From an uncultured Cellvibrionaceae bacterium (GTDB lineage: Bacteria > Pseudomonadota > Gammaproteobacteria > Pseudomonadales > Cellvibrionaceae), in the NCBI GenBank assembly GCA_965652265.1, contig CBFGUT010000001.1, positions 1-52,761 on the forward strand: a stretch of DNA of 52,761 nt. The letters are read 5' to 3'. The first letter of the stretch is position 1; each line of letters starts with the position of its first letter. The notes under the pieces were generated by a model that saw nothing but the letters and a program-made list of their open reading frames with translations, made no database searches and was not told where the DNA came from. The position numbers and the translations under genes are program-made. Shown piece by piece: positions 28,135 to 37,544 of the stretch.

Positions 28135-30912
28135 CTAAAAATTAGCCCGCAGGCGAACACCAATGCGACGATCATTCAGCACATAATCTCGCGGCCGATT
28201 GGGGAAGGCCTGGTAGGTGAAATTGTTTTCATCCAGCAGGTTCACCACATCGAAGGAGACGCTGTAGGTGTCGTTAAAGTCATAGCTCAAAGAGGCATCC
28301 AGCTGACCGTAGTCATCGTTGTAGATGGGCAGGTTGCCGGTGCCGTTTCCAGAGGTGGTAATTACCCAGGAGTCGCGCCAGTTGTAGGCCAGACGCGCCG
28401 AGAAACCGCCCTTCTCGTACATGGCCACCAGGTTGTAGCTGTTCTCCGACAGACCTTCCAGCGGCACCAACAGCGGGTTTCCCTCGGTGTCGGTGGCAGT
28501 GGGGCTGGGCGCCTCACTATCCACATAGGTGTAGTTGGCCTGCATACCAAAACCGTCCCAGGGCGCCGGCAGAAAGTCGAAGAAGGTTTGCATACCTACC
28601 TCGAAGCCCTCGATAGTGCCCTCTTCGCCATTGACGGGTGCGGTGATTTCAAAGGGTAGCAAGCCTTTGCCCGGCACTTCGAACTCGGCGTCATAGACCC
28701 CATTCTGGATAAAGTTTTTCACTTTTTTGTGGAACAGGGTGGCGTACAACATGCCCGCCTCACTGTAATACCACTCCAGGGAGGTATCCACCTGGTTCAC
28801 TGTCAGCGGCTCCAGGCCGGGGTTGCCTCCCGTGCCCGTGGCATCGTCAAATACGGGTGGTGTGGTGGGATCACTGTCGTGATCCATATAGTTTTCATTG
28901 AGCGTGAAATTGGCCCGCAAGTCATAGAAGGACGGACGCGAAAGCCCTTTAGAGGCGGCGATACGCCAGTACAGATCTTCCGCCAGGAAGAAGCGCAGGT
29001 TCAGGCTGGGTAAGACTTCAGTGTAGTCCTGCTCCACCACGATCGGCGACTGCGCCTGAATATCGGTACCGGTATCGCTGGGCACACGATAGGTCAGTGT
29101 CTGCACGCCCTCGGCTTCTACCTGGGTGTTGACTACGCGCACGCCCACATTACCATCGAAGGGCAGCACAAAATCGTCCAGGCCGAAATCCACCATGGCG
29201 TAGACGGCACTGGTTTCCTCACCCTGGGTGTTGATCTGGTTCTGCTCGGAAAACTCGGTGGGTGCACCCGACTGTGGGTTGAGACCCCCCAGCACTTGCA
29301 GGGCATTGGCGTGATCCGTCAACAGCTCCGGCGCGACAACGAAATGCGGACCGAAGTTGCGATCGGCACCATCACCGCGCCAGAAAGTGTCCTGATGTGG
29401 ATCGGGCGTGTAGTACTCGGGGAATTCCTCATAAAGCGCCTGAGACACATCGCTGCCATCCCAGGGAGGGCCGGAAATGGCCGACCAGACAAAACCGGAG
29501 TCGCGGGTTTCAATATCCTTGGTGGTATAGCGCACACCGGCGGTGAAGGAGCGCATCAGGCCGCCCTCGTCGAAATCCCACTCCAGGTCGGAACGCACAG
29601 CGGTCTCGCTGCCCTCGTTGTCGGCCGTGCGGTTCATCATGGCTTCGTAAATATAGTTGGAGGCGTCCTCCATGTAGCCATCGGGAGTCACCGAATAAGC
29701 CGGTACTTCGCCCGTCAGGTCCAGATAGAAAGTGGCGCCGGCCAACAGAGAGCCAAAGCCGGTGACATCACGGTAATCGGTGCTGGAGTCGATGTACTGC
29801 AGATCCGTGGTGATTTTCACCTGGTCACTGGCCTGCCAAATGATGCCAGTGGCATAGTCGGTGGTCTCCGAGTCGCGAGTAGAGTCGCGGGTAAAACTCT
29901 GGAAGGGCGGGCTGACAAAGCCACCGGTCAACAGGTTGCCGTCGCTGTCAAAACTGAAGCTACCGGGCACCGGCGTCAAGCTGCCGCCCTCGCCGGCGCC
30001 ATAGGCAAAAATACCGGTTTGCGGATCGTAGAAATTGTAGTGGGACGTCAGATACGTGGCGTAGAACTCCAGATCATCACTGGGTGCCCACTGGAAAGCC
30101 AGCGCGGCGCCGGTGCGCTCGCGATCACCATTCCAGGAGGAGATACCGCCCCCCGAGGCCACTTCCACTTCCTGCCCCTCAAAGCCGGGAATATCCGTCC
30201 GGGTAAAGAAAGGCTCTACAATGATGGCGTCCTCACGGAACACGGCTTCACTGTAGGAAATATTGGCCAGGAAGCCGAACTCGCCGGCACTGGTTTCCCA
30301 GCGATCGGAGAAAAGCACGGAGCCGCCAAAGCCCTCGTCGTCGCGCACATCGTAGTGGGTGGCGCTGACAGCAGCACTGATGATGCGACCATCGGCATCG
30401 AAAGGCATGCGGGTACGCAGATCGACAATACCGCCGATACCGCCTTCAATCTGGTTGGCGGCGGGGTTTTTGTAAACGTCCACCCCGGCCAGCAGCTCGG
30501 CGGGAACATCCTCAAAGCTGAGGGCGCGGCCATCGGTGGTCGAAAAACTGTCGCGGCCATTGAGTTCGGTGCGCACCTGGGTCAAACCGCGGATAGCAAT
30601 ATCACTGCCCTCGCCGCGGTTGCGGGAAATCTGCACGCCCGAGATCCGCTGTAGGGTCTCGGCCACATTCACATCGGGCAGCTTGCCGATATCCGTGGCG
30701 ACGATGGAGTCCACAATCACCGCTGCATCGCGCTTAATGCTCTGGGCGGATTCAATACTGGCGCGCTGTCCGGTAACAATGACCTCTTCCAGAGGCTCCT
30801 CGTCGGTTTGGGCCATTGCCGGTGCCACCGCGCCCAGAGCGCAGAGCACCAACGCCGAAACACTGGTTTTCACCAGAGTGCCGGCAAACTGATTATCGGT
30901 TTTGATCTTCAC
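28135..30912 (-). CDS. TonB-dependent receptor (Caulobacter/Xanthomonas sugar-associated type)
   Basis: Signal peptide; EEVIVTG TonB box; plug DIGKLPDVNVAETLQRISGV; C-terminal Phe. GTG at 30912 behind AGAGGAG. Confidence 0.95.
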   Translation of the reverse strand: MKIKTDNQFAGTLVKTSVSALVLCALGAVAPAMAQTDEEPLEEVIVTGQRASIESAQSIKRDAAVIVDSIVATDIGKLPDVNVAETLQRISGVQISRNRGEGSDIAIRGLTQVRTELNGRDSFSTTDGRALSFEDVPAELLAGVDVYKNPAANQIEGGIGGIVDLRTRMPFDADGRIISAAVSATHYDVRDDEGFGGSVLFSDRWETSAGEFGFLANISYSEAVFREDAIIVEPFFTRTDIPGFEGQEVEVASGGGISSWNGDRERTGAALAFQWAPSDDLEFYATYLTSHYNFYDPQTGIFAYGAGEGGSLTPVPGSFSFDSDGNLLTGGFVSPPFQSFTRDSTRDSETTDYATGIIWQASDQVKITTDLQYIDSSTDYRDVTGFGSLLAGATFYLDLTGEVPAYSVTPDGYMEDASNYIYEAMMNRTADNEGSETAVRSDLEWDFDEGGLMRSFTAGVRYTTKDIETRDSGFVWSAISGPPWDGSDVSQALYEEFPEYYTPDPHQDTFWRGDGADRNFGPHFVVAPELLTDHANALQVLGGLNPQSGAPTEFSEQNQINTQGEETSAVYAMVDFGLDDFVLPFDGNVGVRVVNTQVEAEGVQTLTYRVPSDTGTDIQAQSPIVVEQDYTEVLPSLNLRFFLAEDLYWRIAASKGLSRPSFYDLRANFTLNENYMDHDSDPTTPPVFDDATGTGGNPGLEPLTVNQVDTSLEWYYSEAGMLYATLFHKKVKNFIQNGVYDAEFEVPGKGLLPFEITAPVNGEEGTIEGFEVGMQTFFDFLPAPWDGFGMQANYTYVDSEAPSPTATDTEGNPLLVPLEGLSENSYNLVAMYEKGGFSARLAYNWRDSWVITTSGNGTGNLPIYNDDYGQLDASLSYDFNDTYSVSFDVVNLLDENNFTYQAFPNRPRDYVLNDRRIGVRLRANF

Positions 30913-31228
30913 AGCTGTAACTCCTCTTATTATCGGTGTGGATGCCAGTAACAACCGGCTTACCCGGCTCTTTGAGAAAAGCCGGTGACCATCCAGGTGT
31001 TTATCACTTATAAAAGTGATTTTATATAAGATTTCGAGGGTCTTTATAACTTAATTTTTTTATGGGTGCAAATATTTTGTTATGTAAAAACAGATAGGCA
31101 GTCAGGTCCGTGTAAAGTGACCGGTTAACGGCAAGCCATCACGGGTGTCAGACGGAGAAGACGGCCAAGGTCGGGGGCAGGCAGGGAGTAATCCAGGAGA
31201 AAAACAGCGGGGTAAAGGTGAATATCGG

Positions 31229-32035
31229 CTAGTCGGCATCCAGTTCGGCGGGGACTTGTACCACCACCACCCGGATACCCTGGTCCTCGAACTGGCGCAG
31301 CATGGCGGGATCGGCCTGACTGTCAGTGATCAGCACGTCCACGTCTACCAGGGGGCTGAAGATAAAATTACTGCGCCGGCCCAGTTTGGAGCTGTCGGCG
31401 AGGATGATGAGCTGGTCCGCCTGTTTACGGAGCTTTTGCTCGGCGCGGATTAGCAGGGGATCGGATTCCATAACTCCGAATTCGCCGATGCCCGGCGTAC
31501 CCATAAACATCTTGCTGCCGTGGTAGTACTGAATAGTGTCGTTCTCGAAAGCACTGAGAATAATGCCCTGCTTGCGATAGAGCTCGCCACCGGGGAGGGT
31601 AATCTGGTTTTCGCTGTTCTCTGCCAGCTCCTGAGCCAGCACAAAAGAGTTGGTGAGAATGTTGAGCTGCCGGCTGACCAGGAATTCCCCCATCATGTAG
31701 GTGGAACTGCCGCCATTGATAATGATGGATTCACCGTCCTCGCAGAGTTCCACGGCTCGCTGGGCAATCAGCCGCTTGATGTCAGTATGCCTGTTCTTGT
31801 CAACCAGGAAGGCCGAGCCAGTCAGGTGCGGCCGCTGCATTTTGGTCTCTCCCGCCACCAGCGCTTCGGCCCCGCCGCGGATTTTCCTCAGCTGTTGCTG
31901 TTTGGCCATCTTGGTGAGATCCCGACGGATGGTGGCCTCGGAGGCGTCCAACTCGGCGGAGAGATTGCGCACACTGGCGAATTGGCGCTCGTCGAGGATA
32001 TCGAGGATTAGTTGATGACGCTGTTTTTCCAACAC
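31229..32035 (-). CDS. DeoR/GlpR-family regulator (probable rhamnose regulator)
   Basis: SEATIRRDL HTH and INGGSST / LADSSKLG sensor domain; sits in the rhamnose cluster. Confidence 0.93.
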   Translation of the reverse strand: MLEKQRHQLILDILDERQFASVRNLSAELDASEATIRRDLTKMAKQQQLRKIRGGAEALVAGETKMQRPHLTGSAFLVDKNRHTDIKRLIAQRAVELCEDGESIIINGGSSTYMMGEFLVSRQLNILTNSFVLAQELAENSENQITLPGGELYRKQGIILSAFENDTIQYYHGSKMFMGTPGIGEFGVMESDPLLIRAEQKLRKQADQLIILADSSKLGRRSNFIFSPLVDVDVLITDSQADPAMLRQFEDQGIRVVVVQVPAELDAD

Positions 32036-32150
32036 GGGGAAGTCCTGTCTTTACGGGCTTTGAGCGAGACGAATCGGGCGCCTCTATTCTAACCACTTAT
32101 AATCATATTTGCAGTGAAATGATTGGTTTATCCCACCCGCTGAGTAAAAG

Positions 32151-33443
32151 CTAGATAATCCCCGACCCACTTCCCCCGGAGGCCGGCCGCGTGGCGGCCA
32201 CACGTTGACGATAGCCACAGGCACGGTAGGCAGCAATCGGCTCTATGGCACCCCCGGCGCGCAGGCGGGCCATGGCCAGAATGGGCGAAACATCGAGATT
32301 AAACGCCGCTTTCAGGGTATTACTGGCCATCAGCGCGTCATTACTTTGCTGGTAACCTTCCAGGGCCTTGCGATCCACCAAAAGCGCTTTGATATAGGAG
32401 CGCTGCACTTCCACCGCCGAATTGATCAGACTCTCGATGGGGTCGGTGACATTGTGGGATTGATCCAGCATATAGTCGGGGGCGAAGTCCTCTTGCTGAC
32501 GGTACTCGGCGTCAACCAATTCATTGAAAATCAGGAACTGCTGGTAGGGATGCAGCGACCCGCTGTCCAGGTCGTCGTCGCCATACTTGCTGTCATTGAA
32601 ATGAAAGCCTCCCAGTTTCTTGAACTGGATCAATCGCGAGACGATCATCTCAATATTGACGTTGGGTGCATGATGACCCAGGTCCACCAGCGACTTGCAT
32701 TTCTCCCCCAACTCCATGGCGGCGAGAATATTGCTGCCCCAATCCTGAATCACCGTGGCGTAGAAGGCGGGTTCGAACATCTTGTGCTCGATTTGCATCT
32801 GCCAGTCATCCGGCAGGGCGCGATAGATGGCCCGCGCGCTGTCGAGATAGCGTTCAAAGGCCCGCTGGAAATGTTGCTGGCCGGGATGGTTGGCACCGTC
32901 TCCCACCCAGACCGTCAGGGCCCTGGCGCCCAGCGCCCGCCCCCACTCGATGCATTCGAGATTGTGGGCTATGGCCTGTTCACGCACCGCCGGCGCGGTA
33001 TGGCTGAGACTGCCGTATTTGTAGGAGTGGACCTGGCCCGGCTGATCCTGGAAGGTGTTGGAATTCACGGCCGCCCAGCCCATGCCAAAGCTGTCGGCTT
33101 GCTGCCTGAGCTCGGCAAAATCCTCCACCCGGTCCCAGGGGAAATGGGGGGAGATAGACGGCGTGCAGCGACAGAGTTGCTGAATCGCCGCACAGTCTTC
33201 CACCTTGTCAAAGATGTGGCGCGGCTCGCCGATGCCGGGGAAGCGGGCGAAGCGGGTCCCCCCGGTTCCCACTCCCCAGGAGGGCACCGCCACCGCAAAA
33301 GCCTGAGCGCGCTCAGTAAGCGATTCTATCGCCACACCCGTGCGCGACAGTTTTTCACCCAGGGCCTCGTAGTCCCGCTGCAGGTCACCAATAAGCGGCT
33401 GGTTGTGTTCGGCAATAGCGTCTGGCGAAATGGGCGCTGCCAT
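32151..33443 (-). CDS. rhaI: L-rhamnose isomerase (rhizobial/Pseudomonas RhaI type)
   Basis: PSWGVGTGGTRFARF, EHKMFEP, DLGHH, HFNDSKYGDDDL and DQSHN. Confidence 0.93.
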   Translation of the reverse strand: MAAPISPDAIAEHNQPLIGDLQRDYEALGEKLSRTGVAIESLTERAQAFAVAVPSWGVGTGGTRFARFPGIGEPRHIFDKVEDCAAIQQLCRCTPSISPHFPWDRVEDFAELRQQADSFGMGWAAVNSNTFQDQPGQVHSYKYGSLSHTAPAVREQAIAHNLECIEWGRALGARALTVWVGDGANHPGQQHFQRAFERYLDSARAIYRALPDDWQMQIEHKMFEPAFYATVIQDWGSNILAAMELGEKCKSLVDLGHHAPNVNIEMIVSRLIQFKKLGGFHFNDSKYGDDDLDSGSLHPYQQFLIFNELVDAEYRQQEDFAPDYMLDQSHNVTDPIESLINSAVEVQRSYIKALLVDRKALEGYQQSNDALMASNTLKAAFNLDVSPILAMARLRAGGAIEPIAAYRACGYRQRVAATRPASGGSGSGII

Positions 33444-33521
33444 TATCATTATCCTCTCAGTCTTTCAGGCATCGGCAATCCGGCAACAGCCTTCTCCCGT
33501 GCAGTGGGGACAGCTTCAACC

Positions 33522-35618
33522 TCAGCGGGTAAAGGACGGGGCATGACCCGCATCCACGTTAATAATATTGCCAGTGGATTTGGCGGACAGGTCGGACGCC
33601 AGAAAGTAGATGGCCTCGGCAATATCCTCCGGCAATACGCTGAGCTTGAGGAGGCTGCGTTCGCGATAGTGTCTTTCCAGCTCGTCTTCCGACATTTGGT
33701 AGGCGGCGGCGCGCTCTTCTCGCCACTTGCCGGTCCATATCTTCGAGCCGCGCAACACCGCATCCGGGTTGACCACGTTACAGCGAATACCCAGCGGCGC
33801 GCCCTCCAGGGCAACCCCGCGCGCCAGTTGCACTTCCGCCGCTTTGGCGGTGCAGTAGGCGGCGGCGTTGGGCGAAGCCACCAGGCCATTTTTGCTGGCC
33901 ACAAACACCATGGCCCCGCCGGTATTTTGCGCTTTCATCAGCTTAAAACCCTCGCGGCTGACCAGGAAATAGCCCGTCGCCAGAATATCCATATTGCGAT
34001 TCCACAGCTCCAGGCTGGTCTCGTCCAGCGGCGCGGCACTGGCAATACCGGCGTTGGATACCAGAATATCCACACCCCCAAACGCCACAGCGGTGGCCAC
34101 CATGGCCTCCGTTACGGCGGCTTCACTGGTGACATCGCAGTGCACGCCGCGTACCACATCCTTGCCATAGGTAGCCGAGAGCTCTGTGACAGCGGTGCCG
34201 AGTGACTCCTCATCGATATCCGCCAACATGACACAGGCGCCTTCGCTCAACATCCGACTGGCCGTGGCCTTGCCAATACCGCCGGCACCCCCGGTGATAA
34301 AGGCCACCCGCCCCGCCAGCGACTTGGGCCTGGGCATACGCTGCAGTTTCGCTTCTTCTAGCAACCAGTACTCGATGTCGAAGGCCTCTTGCTCATCCAG
34401 CCCAACATACTCATCTACGGCACTGGCCTCGCGCATCACGTTAATGGCATTGATATAGAACTCACCGGCAATGCGCGCAGTGGCCTTATCCTTGGCAAAG
34501 GTGATCATACCCACCCCGGGCACCAGATAGACCACCGCGTTGGGATCGCGCATAGCGGGGCTGTTGTCGCGCTTGCAGCGCTGGTAGTAATCGGCGTAGC
34601 CCTGGCGATAACTCGCCAGCTGCTCGTCCAGGTTGTCGGCACAGCGCGTCAGCTCACTGTCCAGCACCGCCGTGGGGTCGAAGACGAGCACCAGTGGGCG
34701 TATTTTAGTGCGCAGAAAGTGATCGGGGCATGATGTTCCCAGCGCCGCCAGTGGCTCCAGCTGGCGGGAATTGACAAACTGCAGAATGGCCGCCGAGTCG
34801 TCAAAATGGCCCACTTTGCGCTGATCATTGGTGATCTTGCCGCGAACCAGCGGCATCAACCGTGCCGCGACCCTCCGCCGCTGTTCGCTATCCAGGGGTT
34901 CCTGGTAACGACTGCCGCCAAAGGCCTCCACCTGATTGTTAGCGGCCAGCCAGTCGGCGGCCCGCTGGATAATATCCAGCGTATTGAGGTAACAGTCCCG
35001 CGAGGTTTCACCCCAGGTAAAAATGCCGTGGCCCTCGAGGACAATCCCCTTGAGCGAGGGATTGTCGGCGGCCACCTTTTCCAGTTTCAACCCCAAATCG
35101 TAGCCGGGACGCTGCCAGGGCAGCCAGCCCATATCGCCACCAAATACCTTTTCCGTCAGTTCACGGCTGTGTTTGGTGCAGGCAATGGCAATAGCCGCAT
35201 CCGGATGCATATGATCCACATGTTTATGGGGAATATAGGCGTGTAACGGGGTATCAATGCTGGCAGCGCGGGGATTGAGATTGAACGTACAGTGAGGCAA
35301 GTAGCCCACCATTTCGTCCTCGTGGGCCAGGCCGCGGTACAGCCCCTTGAGCTGCTCCAGCTTATCCATATACAGGGTGGAAAAGCCACCCAGGTCAATG
35401 GAGCCCAGGTCCCCACCGGAGCCCTTGACCCAGAGAACCCGTGTATCCTCCCCCGTCAGCGGGTCGCGCATCAGAATTTTGGCAGAGGTGTTGCCCCCGC
35501 CGTAGTTGGTTATGCGCAGGTCGGAGCCGAGGAGGTTGGAGCGGTACTTGAGTTGTTCCGCTTCACTCATACCGGACGTTACCTGGTCGTCCCAGAGGTT
35601 CTGCAGGGGAGAATCCAT
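33522..35618 (-). CDS. rhaD: Bifunctional rhamnulose-1-phosphate aldolase / short-chain dehydrogenase
   Basis: Class II aldolase domain (GGGNTS, KGSGGDL, HMHPD, SCPDHFLRTK) fused to an SDR (TGGAGGIG, YCTAK). An alternative GTG start lies at 35630. Confidence 0.93.
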   Translation of the reverse strand: MDSPLQNLWDDQVTSGMSEAEQLKYRSNLLGSDLRITNYGGGNTSAKILMRDPLTGEDTRVLWVKGSGGDLGSIDLGGFSTLYMDKLEQLKGLYRGLAHEDEMVGYLPHCTFNLNPRAASIDTPLHAYIPHKHVDHMHPDAAIAIACTKHSRELTEKVFGGDMGWLPWQRPGYDLGLKLEKVAADNPSLKGIVLEGHGIFTWGETSRDCYLNTLDIIQRAADWLAANNQVEAFGGSRYQEPLDSEQRRRVAARLMPLVRGKITNDQRKVGHFDDSAAILQFVNSRQLEPLAALGTSCPDHFLRTKIRPLVLVFDPTAVLDSELTRCADNLDEQLASYRQGYADYYQRCKRDNSPAMRDPNAVVYLVPGVGMITFAKDKATARIAGEFYINAINVMREASAVDEYVGLDEQEAFDIEYWLLEEAKLQRMPRPKSLAGRVAFITGGAGGIGKATASRMLSEGACVMLADIDEESLGTAVTELSATYGKDVVRGVHCDVTSEAAVTEAMVATAVAFGGVDILVSNAGIASAAPLDETSLELWNRNMDILATGYFLVSREGFKLMKAQNTGGAMVFVASKNGLVASPNAAAYCTAKAAEVQLARGVALEGAPLGIRCNVVNPDAVLRGSKIWTGKWREERAAAYQMSEDELERHYRERSLLKLSVLPEDIAEAIYFLASDLSAKSTGNIINVDAGHAPSFTR

Positions 35619-35793
35619 CAACAATATCACTCTTTACGGTCAGTCAGACTTAAGAAAAACCCGGCCAAAAACCGGGCAATAGCATGCAATTTGAGTGAAA
35701 ATGATTGTATATGATTGAATACGGTCCGTCAAATGGGATTTTTTCGACATTTTGATTAAAAAGTTGCAATTTCCGTCATCCGCCAGACCTGGG

Positions 35794-35814
35794 GCCCCTG
35801 CCAGCGGCAGGGGC
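35794..35814. terminator. GC hairpin after the permease gene
   Basis: GCCCCTGCC-AGC-GGCAGGGGC; no strong U-tail. Confidence 0.45.
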
Positions 35815-35845
35815 ATAAGCGCTTCCATGCGCCTGCACAGCAAAA

Positions 35846-37525
35846 TCAACGGTCAGCGCTTTCGCGCTTGTCCCGCTCCACCAACCAAATGGTGGCGGCG
35901 ATAAAATAGATGACCGAGGGCAGTATCAGCCAGTCGCGGAAAACCGCCAGGTCGCCCCCGGCAAATACCCGCCAGGCCATAAGTGCACAGACCAGTAGCG
36001 ACAACAGCGCCATAACACGAGCCAACTGCAGCTTTACTCCCGCCCGCGGGGAATGCTCCGTGGACGCGAGCTCAACGCCATGCTGCTGCAAATACTGGCG
36101 CTCGCGCTCGCGCCGTTCCGCCTCCGCCCGTTCAAATGGCACCGCCTGTTCAGTATAGTCCCTGCGCGCGCCCATCAGCGCGGCCATTACCCCATAGATC
36201 ACTGTGGTGGCCGCCCAGGTGGGTAACAACAGGAAAAACAAATGCAGCCCCAGCCGCTCCAGCACCCAGGCCAGCAGCAAACCGCCCCCCCAGGCGATTA
36301 CTGCGGCCCAGTTGAGGGTTATCCCACGGTAACGGGCCCAGTAGCGGGTCAATCCCAGCCGCGGGAACAGCCAGTGTTCGGCCACGATCACCGCTCCTAC
36401 GGGTGCCAGCAACAGACCCATCAAGCCGACGAAGTCCATCAGCTTGGTGAACACAAACGGAAAGCAGGCAACCACGGTGGTCGCAGCGCCAGTCAAGGCC
36501 GTGACGACTGTGCGGCTCCACCGCGGATTGAGCGACTGAAAGGCCAGGCCGGCGCGGTAGATGGTGGGGTTGGACGTGGTCCAACCGGCGATAATCACGG
36601 CGACGATGCCCGCCGCCCCCAGCGCCTGATAAGCCACAGCGCCGGCATCCAGTTGAGTAATGGAACTGTGCAGCATAAGCGCCGCACCGGCTCCCATGAT
36701 GCCCGCGCACACCCAAGCCAGAAAGTGGCCGATATACATGCCCATAGCGGACAGAAAACCGTAGCTGGATTTGCGCGCAAACCGCAGCAGCGTCATGTCC
36801 GACAGCCCGCCGTGCATGGCGAGGTTACAAATCCAGGCGAAGGCGGCCACATGCCATACCGTAAACTCACTGTCGGTAGCGCGCCAGATATGACTGTCGG
36901 CCACCCGCAAAAAGCCCTCCAGCCCGCCCAGATCACTGGCGCCGGTGGTACTGGCATAGAGCACTGGCAGCAGCGCCAGAGCGCCGGCCACAAACATGAG
37001 GATCATCCAGGGCGCGCAGACCTCGGCAAAACGGGCCACCTGGCGAAACCCCTTTATCGCCACCCACACCACCACGGCGCCGACCGCCAGCGCCACCAGC
37101 ACAAAGGCAGCGTCCGAGGGGTACCAGTGCACCTGCGGTGGGATATTGAACAGGATGCGCACCGCCGAGGCGGACACCGTGATCATGGCGCCGGCAAGTA
37201 CACAAAAAAGTACGCCGTTGACCACACTGTAGAGTTTGAGAATACCCGGACCACCGATGCGACTCAGATAGGCGTAGAGGGTCAGACGAGTCTGGGTGGC
37301 GATAGGGGCGCACACCAGCCCCCAAGTAAGCACCGCCAGCAGGTTGCCCCACAACAACCCCCAGAGTACATCGGCGGTCCCCACACCCCAGGCGACAAAC
37401 ATGGCGCCAATCACAAACTCTGTGCCCGCCACATGTTCACCGGCATAACTGCCGGCAAACCGCCGGGCGGGCGCCAGCTGTTCCGGTTTTACCGGTACGG
37501 TTTCAAACTCATCATCGCTGGACAT
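35846..37525 (-). CDS. NCS1/purine-cytosine permease-family transporter in the rhamnose cluster
   Basis: About 14 TM segments; GEHVAGTEF, GWTTSNPTIY and APVGAVIVAEHW; immediately downstream of the kinase gene. Confidence 0.82.
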   Translation of the reverse strand: MSSDDEFETVPVKPEQLAPARRFAGSYAGEHVAGTEFVIGAMFVAWGVGTADVLWGLLWGNLLAVLTWGLVCAPIATQTRLTLYAYLSRIGGPGILKLYSVVNGVLFCVLAGAMITVSASAVRILFNIPPQVHWYPSDAAFVLVALAVGAVVVWVAIKGFRQVARFAEVCAPWMILMFVAGALALLPVLYASTTGASDLGGLEGFLRVADSHIWRATDSEFTVWHVAAFAWICNLAMHGGLSDMTLLRFARKSSYGFLSAMGMYIGHFLAWVCAGIMGAGAALMLHSSITQLDAGAVAYQALGAAGIVAVIIAGWTTSNPTIYRAGLAFQSLNPRWSRTVVTALTGAATTVVACFPFVFTKLMDFVGLMGLLLAPVGAVIVAEHWLFPRLGLTRYWARYRGITLNWAAVIAWGGGLLLAWVLERLGLHLFFLLLPTWAATTVIYGVMAALMGARRDYTEQAVPFERAEAERRERERQYLQQHGVELASTEHSPRAGVKLQLARVMALLSLLVCALMAWRVFAGGDLAVFRDWLILPSVIYFIAATIWLVERDKRESADR

Positions 37526-37544
37526 CACCTAGCCTCATATATTG

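Noticed and set aside
26515-28659. 714-aa plus-strand ORF
   Set aside because: Antisense shadow of the halogenase and TonB receptor genes; no motifs; expected from codon bias.
32205-34205. 666-aa plus-strand ORF
   Set aside because: Antisense to rhaI/rhaD with no recognisable domain.
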